From: a virus
Lineage: Duplodnaviria > Caudoviricetes
Reading direction: 5' to 3' (one strand)
IMG/VR virus record: IMGVR_UViG_3300037755_001060
Location: 1 to 49,557 of that record
Length of the DNA stretch: 49,557 nt
Shown: positions 25,573 to 33,209 of the stretch, piece after piece
How the letters are laid out: each line of letters opens with the position of its first letter
How positions within the stretch are numbered: position 1 is the first letter of the stretch
The notes under the pieces: generated by a model
What the model was told of the DNA's origin: nothing
Databases searched by the model: none
Seen by the model: the letters and a program-made list of their open reading frames with translations, nothing else
Made by a program: the position numbers and the translations under genes

Positions 25573-25683
25573 ATGCGCGAGCCGAGCGTCATCGAAGAGA
25601 TCGCCCACTTCCTGTTCTGGTTCGTCGCGACCGGCGGCTTTTGCGGCCTCGGCCTGGCCGCCGTGCTGCTGGCCAGGTGGTGA
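25573..25683 (+). CDS. small membrane protein
   Basis: Manual: MREPSVIEEIAHFLFWFVATGGFCGLGLAAVLLARW, GGAG RBS. Confidence 0.5.
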   Translation: MREPSVIEEIAHFLFWFVATGGFCGLGLAAVLLARW

Positions 25684-25685
25684 CG

Positions 25686-25856
25686 ATGGACCGGACCCGT
25701 CCGGCGAAGCCCGAAGGGCGCAGCGGGATGCTCGAGCGCCGCTGGGCGCGCGTCGCGACCCAGGCCGCGATCGCCGCGCTCCTGCTCGCCGGCGCCGTCC
25801 TGACCGGCGCCGCCCTCGCCCGCCTGGCCGAGGCCATCGAGAGGGCGCTGTCATGA
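25686..25856 (+). CDS. small membrane protein
   Basis: Single TM; ATGA overlap with the next gene. Confidence 0.5.
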   Translation: MDRTRPAKPEGRSGMLERRWARVATQAAIAALLLAGAVLTGAALARLAEAIERALS

Positions 25857-26434
25857 AAACACGGAAACCAAGCAAGGGCTACGTCCTCTGCGGCGACTGC
25901 CGGGGCACCGGCGCCGAGCAGTATGATTGCTGGCTGTGCAAAGGCCGGCGGGACATCCGCGCGACGCTCGCCTACCGACACGGCTTTCGCAAGGCAGACC
26001 TCGAGGACCTCGAGGACGACGGCTATTGCGACTGTCCGGCCTGCGGCGGGCATAGTTGCTATTGGTGCGGCGGCGACGGCGAGGTCGCGGCCGACATCCC
26101 CGAGCAGCAGGAAACCCGTGTCCTGATCTTCGGCCTGACGCAGTCGATTCCGCCGATGCGCGTTCGGGAATGGTGGAACGGCGGCCGCGTTCGCATGGAC
26201 GACGATGCACTCCTCAGCCGAGCCGCCGCCGCCTCCTGCCGCGAGAAGGGTTGGACGCACTGGTTTTGCAGCGTCTTCGGCGACGAAATCTATCTGACCG
26301 ACGCAGGCAAGGCCGAGGCCGAGCGCCGGCACGTCGATTTCCTGGCCAGCTTCGACGCCAACAACGCGGCGCTCGACGCCGACGGGCGCTACGACGACGA
26401 CGGCGGCGCGCCGGCACCGGAGGCCGGCCTATGA
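25853..26434 (+). CDS. DnaJ-type CxxCxGxG zinc-finger protein
   Basis: CGDCRGTG, CWLCKG, CPACGG, CYWCGGDG. Confidence 0.75.
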   Translation: MKTRKPSKGYVLCGDCRGTGAEQYDCWLCKGRRDIRATLAYRHGFRKADLEDLEDDGYCDCPACGGHSCYWCGGDGEVAADIPEQQETRVLIFGLTQSIPPMRVREWWNGGRVRMDDDALLSRAAAASCREKGWTHWFCSVFGDEIYLTDAGKAEAERRHVDFLASFDANNAALDADGRYDDDGGAPAPEAGL

Positions 26435-26871
26435 CCGCCACGCCCTGGCGCTACGCCAATTTCGACCACGCCGGCTGGCTGGCCGGCGCGCTCGGCCGCC
26501 CGGTCGACGAGCTGACGCCGCTCGCGCGCAAGGTCGCCATCATCATCGGCATCGCCGGCGGCGGCATCTACAACGCGCCCTGCGGCCCGACGCGGATGAA
26601 ATGGGACGGCCCCTGGATCGAGGCCAACTGGTACGGCGACCTGTCGACCTTCGATTACTCGGCCCTGACCGTCATGGTGCTGCTCTGCCACGAGGCGCGC
26701 GTGCGCCTGTCGATCAAGGCGAGCGGGCCGCGGCGGATCAAGCTGATCTTTTCCGAGCGCCGCGACTGCGCGGAAGACACGAGCGCGCACCATCCCTCGA
26801 TCGACGATGTGATCGTCGACATGCTGGAGAGCATCGGGCGGGACCACCCAATTCACGGAGACACGCGATGA
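26431..26871 (+). CDS. conserved phage hypothetical protein
   Basis: GGIYNAP...LSTFD...LT..V.LCH...VR.SI...R...HP motif. Confidence 0.75.
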   Translation: MTATPWRYANFDHAGWLAGALGRPVDELTPLARKVAIIIGIAGGGIYNAPCGPTRMKWDGPWIEANWYGDLSTFDYSALTVMVLLCHEARVRLSIKASGPRRIKLIFSERRDCAEDTSAHHPSIDDVIVDMLESIGRDHPIHGDTR

Positions 26872-27368
26872 CCGCCGCCCCGGCCCCCGCCCTCACCGAG
26901 CCCCAGCCGCGCAGCTTCGTCGAGCGCGCGGCCTGGGCCTACGCCGCGCTGCAGCTCGAGCATGACGGCCGCTGCCCGACGCCGATGTTCTCGCTGTGGA
27001 CGCGCGGCTTCGATCTGGGCGCGCTCGGCACGCACTGGCGCGCCGTCGTCGCCGAGGGCGAGCGCCTCTACCGCCGCCACCGCGCGCTCGGCATCGCCGC
27101 GCCACCGATCCCGGCGGACCTGTCCACCATAGCCTTGGCGACGGTGGACCGCGAGCGCCTCGCCCGCCTGACCGAGCGCCAGGCCGAGATCCTCGCCCGC
27201 CTCGCGCGCGGCGACCACGAGGAGGCGGTCAAGACCGCGCTCGGCATCAACCGCAACACCCTGCGCACGCACCTCCGCGACATGCTCGTCAACCTGCGCA
27301 GCGCCGACCTCCCCGCCGCCCTCGCGATCTACCGCCGCGCGGCGGGCGGCACGGGGAAAATATCATGA
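26868..27368 (+). CDS. LuxR-type C-terminal HTH protein
   Basis: LTERQAEIL..LA.G........LGI...T...HL......L. Confidence 0.7.
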   Translation: MTAAPAPALTEPQPRSFVERAAWAYAALQLEHDGRCPTPMFSLWTRGFDLGALGTHWRAVVAEGERLYRRHRALGIAAPPIPADLSTIALATVDRERLARLTERQAEILARLARGDHEEAVKTALGINRNTLRTHLRDMLVNLRSADLPAALAIYRRAAGGTGKIS

Positions 27369-27426
27369 GCCTAGCTTGGCGCGGCGTGGCGGGGCGCGGC
27401 TCGGCAAGGCAAGGGGTCGTACGACC
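27368..27426 (+). ncRNA. GGY-NN pentamer unit 0 with terminal hairpin (putative guide RNA)
   Basis: AGCCT AGCTT GGCGC GGCGT GGCGG GGCGC GGCTC GGCAA GGCAA, then GG-GGTCGTACGACC. Confidence 0.75.
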
Positions 27427-27466
27427 GCGTTGAAATCTGACCAACTTCAACAGAAGGAGAAACACT

Positions 27467-28132
27467 ATGCGTACCTACAGCATCACGATCACGGGCCAGA
27501 CACCGATCCTGTTCCACAACGACGACATCGACTGGGCGGACCGCATGGACGCCTGGAAGACCGACAAGGACAACAAGACCAAGTCCAAGGCCGGCGACGA
27601 CCGCACGCCCGCCTTCCGCTGGATCGGCTCGCTCTATCACGACCAGAAGCAGCTCGTCATCCCGACCGACAACATCATGCGCGGCGTGATGGAGGGCGGC
27701 GCGATGGTGCTGATCCCGGGCGCCAAGAACAACAAGACGTTCAAGGCGCCGTCGCAGAGCGGCATCATGCCGCGCGACATCGGCTGGCCGCTGCTCGTCG
27801 GCGGCCGGACGGTGCCGTTCAAGCCGATCGCCGAGCTGATGGCCGAGAAGGATTTCGAGGTGCACAAGCAGCGTGTCCTGGATCTGGGCGGCCGCCTCTT
27901 CGTCAAGCGCGTGGTCATCGGCACGAGCAAGCACATCCGCGTCCGCCCGTGCTTCGACCAATGGAGCACCGAGGGCCAGCTCATCGTCACCGACGACCGG
28001 ATCACGACGGCGGCGCTCGCCGACATCTTCGAGCAGATGGGCCGCTTCAAGGGTCTGTGCGATTGGCGCCCCAGCTCGAAGACGCCGGGCAGCTACGGCA
28101 TGTTCACCGCGGAGGTGCGGCAGGTCGCGTGA
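27467..28132 (+). CDS. stand-alone RAMP/Cas7-like RNA-binding protein (Vipr-like)
   Basis: beta1 YSITITGQTPILFHN, LVIPTDNI, RVRP.F..W, and a C-terminal Gly-rich loop GRFKGLCDWRP....GSYGMF; strong AGGAG RBS; flanked by pentamer arrays. Confidence 0.8.
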   Translation: MRTYSITITGQTPILFHNDDIDWADRMDAWKTDKDNKTKSKAGDDRTPAFRWIGSLYHDQKQLVIPTDNIMRGVMEGGAMVLIPGAKNNKTFKAPSQSGIMPRDIGWPLLVGGRTVPFKPIAELMAEKDFEVHKQRVLDLGGRLFVKRVVIGTSKHIRVRPCFDQWSTEGQLIVTDDRITTAALADIFEQMGRFKGLCDWRPSSKTPGSYGMFTAEVRQVA

Positions 28133-28142
28133 GATCGCGCGG

Positions 28143-28618
28143 GGCTGGGCCAGGCCGGCCGGGCCCGGCTAGGCCCGGCCGGGCTCGGCGTGGCGAGGCG
28201 TGGCCCGGCCGGGCAAGGCAAGGGGTCTTCGGACCGACGACGATGGAATTCGCGCGGCCCGGCGTGGCATGGCGGGGCTGGGCGGGGCAAGGCAGGGCTT
28301 GGCTGCGCGCGGAGAGGCAAGGGGTCTTCGGACCGACGACGGAATTCACGGGGCGAGGCCGGGCGCGGCAAGGCAAGGCGGGGCCGGGCGCGGCAAGGCA
28401 CGGCAAGGCATGGGGTCTCCGGACCGACGACGATGGAATTCACGCGGCAGGGTCGGGCTTAGCTCGGCCGGGCGCGGCCGGGCAGGGCAAGGCTGGGCAA
28501 GGCTGGGCAAGGCAAGGGGTCTTCGGACCGACGACGATGGAATTCACGCGGCGGGGCGTGGCTTGGTCTGGCTCGGCTGGGCGCGGCGTGGTGAGGCCAG
28601 GCAAGGGGTCTTTTGACC
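28143..28618 (+). ncRNA. array of five GGY-NN pentamer units (units 1-5; putative guide RNAs)
   Basis: 11-16 pentamers per unit; GG-GGTC-N4-GACC hairpins end at 28235, 28334, 28425, 28529 and 28618; linker GACGAC(GAT)GGAATTC(A/G)CG. Confidence 0.85.
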
Positions 28619-28635
28619 GGAAAGGAGAAAGCGAC

Positions 28636-29133
28636 ATGCGTATGATGAACAAGCCCGAGGGTGGCACGATCTTCCTGCGCGGCGTCCCGGTGGCGCCCGA
28701 CGTCGACCGCCTCATGACGCTCGACATCGCGCCGGGCGCCGAATTCGATTACGCGCTGATCGGCTCGATGCTGGGCCTCAAGCCCGACTCATCCGGCCAC
28801 TGGCCGGCGCGGTTCTCGACCGTGCTCCATGCCTGGCGCAAGCGCCTGCTGCGCGAGCGCAACCTGCGCGTCAAATACGAGGGCCGGAAGGCGAAGATCA
28901 TGACCGCGTCCGAGATGCACTCGGCGCATGTCGGCGACGTCAGCCGGATCTTCCGCGCCACCGTCCGCAGCTACACCTACGCCGAGGCGATCGACGTGGC
29001 GCAGCTCACCGCCGACGAGCATGCGCGCCACATGCTGGCCAAGCGCCTGCAGGGCAACGTCCTCGCCGAGATGCAGGGCGTCCGCCGCGCCATCGCCGCC
29101 GCCGCCCCGCCGCGCGCGATCAGGAAGAAGTGA
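28636..29133 (+). CDS. accessory protein of the RAMP/array locus (165 aa)
   Basis: AAGGAG RBS; MRMMNKPEGG...; winged-helix-like N-half and helical C-half (tentative); sits between two arrays. Confidence 0.75.
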   Translation: MRMMNKPEGGTIFLRGVPVAPDVDRLMTLDIAPGAEFDYALIGSMLGLKPDSSGHWPARFSTVLHAWRKRLLRERNLRVKYEGRKAKIMTASEMHSAHVGDVSRIFRATVRSYTYAEAIDVAQLTADEHARHMLAKRLQGNVLAEMQGVRRAIAAAAPPRAIRKK

Positions 29134-29548
29134 GCCATGACGAGGCCTGCCCCGGCTTGGCGTGGCGAGGCTTGGTGGGGCCAGGCGGGGCTTGGCCGGG
29201 CGAGGCATGGCATGGCAAGGGGTCGTACGACCGACACGACAGAATTCACGCGGCGTGGCTAGGCCGGGCGTGGCATGGCTCGGCAAGGCTCGGCAAGGCA
29301 AGGGGTCTTCGGACCGACGACGATGGAATTCACATGGCTCGGCTCGGCCCGGCGCGTCTCGGCCAGGCGCGGCCCGGCAGGGCCTGGCGGGGCCCGGCGG
29401 GGCAAGGCAAGGGGTCGTATGACCGATGACGACAGAATTAACCCGGCAGTGCGCGACGTGGTGAGGCACGCCGAGACGAGGCGGCGCCGGGCTAGGCTGG
29501 GCGCGGCGAGGTGCGGCAAGGCAAGGCAAGGCAAGGGGTCTTCGGACC
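29134..29548 (+). ncRNA. array of four GGY-NN pentamer units (units 6-9; putative guide RNAs)
   Basis: 10-18 pentamers per unit; hairpins end at 29232, 29315, 29424 and 29548; GAATT-containing linkers. Confidence 0.85.
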
Positions 29549-29778
29549 GGATAGCTAAAGGACTACGACCATGGATAATATTGAGAGGGAAAAATCGAAG
29601 TATTTCCTCTACTTGCTGGAAAAACATAGGGCGGCCTATGCGGCGCAAGCCAGCGTTGCCGCACCCATCCGGCGTCGCTACTTGGCCGAGATAGATACGC
29701 AAATCCATGAGGTCAAGCGTCGAATACGGCTCCTTACCCACTAGCCGCGCCCAACACTCACCCGAAAGGACCACGACC

Positions 29779-30252
29779 ATGAACCGACGTCGATTTCTGG
29801 GCTTACTCGCGGTGGCGCCGATCGCCGCGCTGCTGCCGGGCCAGGCACCGGCGGCGGCCGCGGGCGGGCCGCTTGCGGTCAAGGTCGGGGCGATCGACAT
29901 GGTCACGCCGCAGATGGATCGATTATACGACACGGCGGCATGGCGCGAGGTGCGGCGCAAGATGGCGGCCGACAGCCTGCGCGCCGTGGCGGCGATCTCC
30001 GCGCGCGCGGCCCAGCTCGGCGTCACCGCGGAAGAGTGGCAGGCGCTCGACTACGGCGCGGTCCGCGACGGCATCCCGGCCGAGCGGCTGCGCGACACGC
30101 TCGACGGCGCCGGCATGGCGCGCCTCGTCGACGACGCGCGCGCGGCCGGCGTCGTCCTCGACGACGAGACGATCGCGCTCGCGGCCCAGGGGCTGCGCGA
30201 GATCGAGGCCGACGCCGAGGATCCGCGTGATCCAGCGCCGGAGCCCGCTTGA
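29779..30252 (+). CDS. protein with a Tat-like N-terminus and a tape-measure-like fragment
   Basis: MNRRRFLGLLAVAP..; A.QLGV..E..QAL.Y.A...GI..E.L and A...GVVLD.ET motifs; AAGGA RBS. Confidence 0.6.
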   Translation: MNRRRFLGLLAVAPIAALLPGQAPAAAAGGPLAVKVGAIDMVTPQMDRLYDTAAWREVRRKMAADSLRAVAAISARAAQLGVTAEEWQALDYGAVRDGIPAERLRDTLDGAGMARLVDDARAAGVVLDDETIALAAQGLREIEADAEDPRDPAPEPA

Positions 30253-30509
30253 CCACCCTCCCCCACTGGCCGGCGCGGATGAAGGCGCCGCTGGCGGCGG
30301 CCTATCTCGGGCTCGGCCAGACCAAGTTCCTGGCCGGGGTCAAGGCCGGGCGCTATCCGGCGCCGGTGGCCGACGGCGGCAACAAGCTGTGGCGCCTGGC
30401 CGACCTCGCGAAGTGGGTTGAAACCAACGGCGCGCCGTGCGCACCATCGCCCCCCGAAAGCGAGTTCGTGCGGGGGTGGCGCAATGTGGATAAGGGTCAT
30501 GCACGTTAA
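30249..30509 (+). CDS. excisionase-like (AlpA/Xis) HTH protein
   Basis: WP..M....AAAYLG.G.T.F...V..G..P.P...GG..LW...DL..W; directly upstream of the integrase. Confidence 0.85.
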   Translation: MTTLPHWPARMKAPLAAAYLGLGQTKFLAGVKAGRYPAPVADGGNKLWRLADLAKWVETNGAPCAPSPPESEFVRGWRNVDKGHAR

Positions 30510-31614
30510 GCGCGTCCGCGCCAAGGGCCGGGTCTATTACTACCACCGCAAGACGGGCGAGCGCCTGCCGGCCGACCGCGCCGCCGCCCTGGCGCGGGCG
30601 ATCGAGATCAACGCCACCCTGGCGGGCCGCGCCAAAGCCCTGCGTAGCCCCGACGGGGCGAAGCAGGGAACCTTCGCCGAGCTCGTCGGCCGCTACAGGG
30701 CGAGCCCCGAATATCAGGGCCTGGCCGCCAACACCAAGCGGCACTACGCGCCGGTCCTCGACCAGATCGCCCGGGGCTGGGGCACGAGTCTCGTGGTGCG
30801 GCTGCGGCGTGCCGACGTCCGGTTCGCCCGCGACGCGCTGCTCGCGCGCGACGAGTCGGGCGCCATCACCGGCGGCACGCGCAAGGCCGACAAGTTCGTC
30901 TCGGCGCTGTCGGCGCTGATCGCCTGGGGCATCGCGCTCGACGAGGAACTCTACGGCGCCGTCAACCCGGCGCGCCGGGTCAAGCCCCTTCACGAGACGG
31001 GCGGCTATCCGCCCTGGCCCGCCGACGTGCTGGCGCGCTTCCTGGCCGCGGCGCACCCGGCGCTGCGCGGCCCGATCCTCGCCATCCTGTGCACCGCCCA
31101 GCGCGGCCAGGACGTCGTGGCGCTGACCTGGTCGCAGTACGACGGCCGGCGCCTCGCGCTGGTCCAGAAGAAGACCGGCAAGGATATCAGCGTCCCCGTC
31201 CACCCCGAGCTCAAGCGCCTGCTCGACGCGATGGCCGCCCAGCGGCGCGCGGCCGAGAAGGCCGGCAACGTCGTGGCACTCCGGCCCGAGGAAGACCTCA
31301 TCTTCCGCACCCGCACCGGCAAGCCCTGGACGGTCGCCTGGCTCGAGCGCGAGACGGCCGCCCTCTTCGGCACGCTGGACGCGCGCGGCTTCACCCCGCA
31401 CGGCCTTGCCAAGAACGCCATCGTTCGGCTATTCGAGGCCGGCTGCAGCGAGCGCGAGATCCAGGAGTTCACCGGCAAGAGCCCCGAGATGACCCGGCAC
31501 TACGGCAAACAGGCCGACCAGAAGCGCCTGGCCGACAGCGCCCTCAAGCGCCTGGTCGGAACGGAACGGGCCCGCAAGATGGCAAACCGAAGGACGGAAG
31601 TGGAAAACCGGTGA
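30484..31614 (+). CDS. int: tyrosine integrase
   Basis: KGR.YYY.R arm domain, Y..SP.Y..LA..T...Y, TAQR..DV, Q.KTG, TPHGLAK, EMTRHY. Confidence 0.92.
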   Translation: MWIRVMHVKRVRAKGRVYYYHRKTGERLPADRAAALARAIEINATLAGRAKALRSPDGAKQGTFAELVGRYRASPEYQGLAANTKRHYAPVLDQIARGWGTSLVVRLRRADVRFARDALLARDESGAITGGTRKADKFVSALSALIAWGIALDEELYGAVNPARRVKPLHETGGYPPWPADVLARFLAAAHPALRGPILAILCTAQRGQDVVALTWSQYDGRRLALVQKKTGKDISVPVHPELKRLLDAMAAQRRAAEKAGNVVALRPEEDLIFRTRTGKPWTVAWLERETAALFGTLDARGFTPHGLAKNAIVRLFEAGCSEREIQEFTGKSPEMTRHYGKQADQKRLADSALKRLVGTERARKMANRRTEVENR

Positions 31615-31784
31615 GGCGCCCAGGCGAAAAAGCGAACGATATCAACATCATGGCCCGGTGGCAGAGTGGTTATGCAGAGGACTGCAAATCCGGCGGTTTC
31701 CCTGTAGAATCAATAGCCTGCGGTGGCAAACCCAGGCACTCCCCCTCACTACGCATCAATAGCTTACGCGCCGCCTGGAAAACC
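31580..31784. other. attP region with arm-type and IHF-like sites
   Basis: TGG(C/A)AAACC at 31580, 31601, 31724 and 31776 flank the tRNA-derived core; ATCAATAGC at 31709 and 31755 resemble IHF WATCAANNNNTTR. Confidence 0.75.
31652..31691 (+). tRNA. tRNA-Cys(GCA) 5' half only (att core)
   Basis: GGCCCGG-TGGCAGAGTGGTTATGC-A-GAGGA-CTGCAAA-TCC; no T-arm or 3' acceptor strand follows. Confidence 0.85.
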
Positions 31785-31807
31785 GCAGCGGATTCTGGTG
31801 TGTTTAA

Positions 31808-32044
31808 ATGGAGGCAAACATGTCGATAGTGAGCGACTGCGCAGAACATATCAAAAGCATAAAGCCGAACACAGGCGATACCGCCGAGGCCTATGCGCGA
31901 CGCCGGTTCTATGCCCAGATGGAATTTTATTCCGCGCACGCTGGGCGTGATCTCTACCAGGATGGCGACTTCGAGTGGTTGGAGCCAAGTATACGGCATG
32001 ATTGGATAGCACGCGCCGAAAGCCTCATCGCAGGCGGCGAATGA
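31808..32044 (+). CDS. hypothetical protein (likely start ATG 31820)
   Basis: GGAGG RBS before MSIVSD. Confidence 0.6.
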   Translation: MEANMSIVSDCAEHIKSIKPNTGDTAEAYARRRFYAQMEFYSAHAGRDLYQDGDFEWLEPSIRHDWIARAESLIAGGE

Positions 32045-32481
32045 TGACGCCCGGCCGGAACACCCCGCAAAATGCGCGCGCGCATTTGTCAGCCGACGCC
32101 GAGGCTATGGCCGACAGACCGGTGGGGGATCGGGGCGTGGGCGGGCCGGAGGAGGATGGAGCGCCAGCGCACGCCAGTCCTCCGAAGCGCCGCGAGGCGC
32201 GAAGGAGGAAGACGCCGGCGAAGCGGGCCTGTGCCTGGCCGCCATGCAACAAGGTGTTCGAGACGACGCGGGCCTGGACGCGCTACTGTCCGGGGGCGCC
32301 GTGCAAGCGCAATCACGAGCGGGAGATCCGCCGGGCGGGCAAGGCGAGCAACATGTCGCCGGCCGACGCCGAACGCGCGGAAAGGGCCGAGGCGCTGCTG
32401 CGCTGGGCCGAGGACAGCGTCGGCCGGGCGCCGGCGCTGATGAACATCTATCGGCGCTTCGTCACGCCGGCAGGAGGTTAG
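32041..32481 (+). CDS. Zn-finger hypothetical protein
   Basis: CAWPPC...F.......YC....CK. Confidence 0.6.
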   Translation: MMTPGRNTPQNARAHLSADAEAMADRPVGDRGVGGPEEDGAPAHASPPKRREARRRKTPAKRACAWPPCNKVFETTRAWTRYCPGAPCKRNHEREIRRAGKASNMSPADAERAERAEALLRWAEDSVGRAPALMNIYRRFVTPAGG

Positions 32482-32482
32482 G

Positions 32483-33001
32483 ATGCGGATCGTCGATCGG
32501 AAGACGTTCCTGGCCATGCCGGCCGGTACGCTCTACTTCAAATACGCGCCCTGCTATTTTGAGGACTTCGCGATAAAGGCCAGGACGGTCATATCCCCCA
32601 GCACGGGTGAGATGATCGACTGGTGGTATCAAGATTTGGACAGCTCCGCGACGCCGGAAGGCGTCGATTATATCGGCTGGGTCAGCAACCAGATCGACGC
32701 CGGGAACGCCGTCCCGCTCGATTTCAACACCGAAGACCGCGACGGCTTCTTCGACCAGGACCAGCTTTTCGCGGTCTGGGACGAGGCCGAGGTCCAGGCC
32801 TTGATCGACCGGCTGGTCGCGGCGAAGACGGCGGCATTCGATCCTGGGTTGATCGCCGCTGTCACCAGCAGCGATGCACCGGAATTTATGCACGACGGCA
32901 TGGTTTGGCTGGACACCAGTGATCCATCGGAGCCCGTGTTGCGCAAGTGGCACGCCGAGAGCCAATCTTGGAGCCCGCCGAGAGACGATTCCGATGACTG
33001 A
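32483..33001 (+). CDS. phage hypothetical protein with a tail-fibre-like C-terminal motif
   Basis: MRIVDRKTFLAMPAGTLY.KY.P; C-terminal P....G.VWLDTS.....LR.W.....W. Confidence 0.75.
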   Translation: MRIVDRKTFLAMPAGTLYFKYAPCYFEDFAIKARTVISPSTGEMIDWWYQDLDSSATPEGVDYIGWVSNQIDAGNAVPLDFNTEDRDGFFDQDQLFAVWDEAEVQALIDRLVAAKTAAFDPGLIAAVTSSDAPEFMHDGMVWLDTSDPSEPVLRKWHAESQSWSPPRDDSDD

Positions 33002-33209
33002 GATCGCCGTCTACGACCCGCGCGATCCGGCGCAGGATCCGCGCGAGCCCGAGACCTGGAAGCCGACCGACAACCCGGCGTTGATCCAGGCCAACCTGTT
33101 CTACGGCGCGCTGGTCGGCCGCGGCGACCAGCGCTGGGACAAGGTCGCCGAGCTCGCCGACTGGTGCGACGAGCCGATCGAGAACCCAAAGGAGATACGA
33201 CATGCCTAA
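32994..33209 (+). CDS. small protein resembling a tail-tip protein fragment
   Basis: VYDPRD..Q....PETW..TDNPAL...A..CDE. Confidence 0.6.
   Translation: MTEIAVYDPRDPAQDPREPETWKPTDNPALIQANLFYGALVGRGDQRWDKVAELADWCDEPIENPKEIRHA

Noticed and set aside
28143-29548. Canonical CRISPR array (conserved hairpin+linker as repeat, variable part as spacer)
   Set aside because: The variable parts are themselves 5-nt periodic and vary in length, so they cannot be captured contiguous protospacers; no cas1/cas2 or other cas genes are present.
27368-29548. Simple microsatellite or slippage origin of the pentamers
   Set aside because: The dinucleotides differ almost freely while the triplet, hairpin stem and linker are conserved across ten units, which slippage would not produce.
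27376-29694. Long Arg/Gly/Ala-rich ORFs across the arrays (585 aa at 27376-29133 and several 86-246 aa ORFs)
   Set aside because: They are by-products of stop-poor GGC repeats in all frames. Only 27467-28132 and 28636-29133 have an RBS and protein-like composition.
29259-30026. 255-aa - strand ORF spanning the low-GC gap after the arrays
   Set aside because: It is mostly antisense to the arrays and to 29779-30252 and has no motif; a short real ORF or promoter within 29550-29780 cannot be excluded.
31652-31730. Complete tRNA-Cys gene
   Set aside because: There is no T-arm (GTTCRA) or 3' acceptor strand after the anticodon stem.
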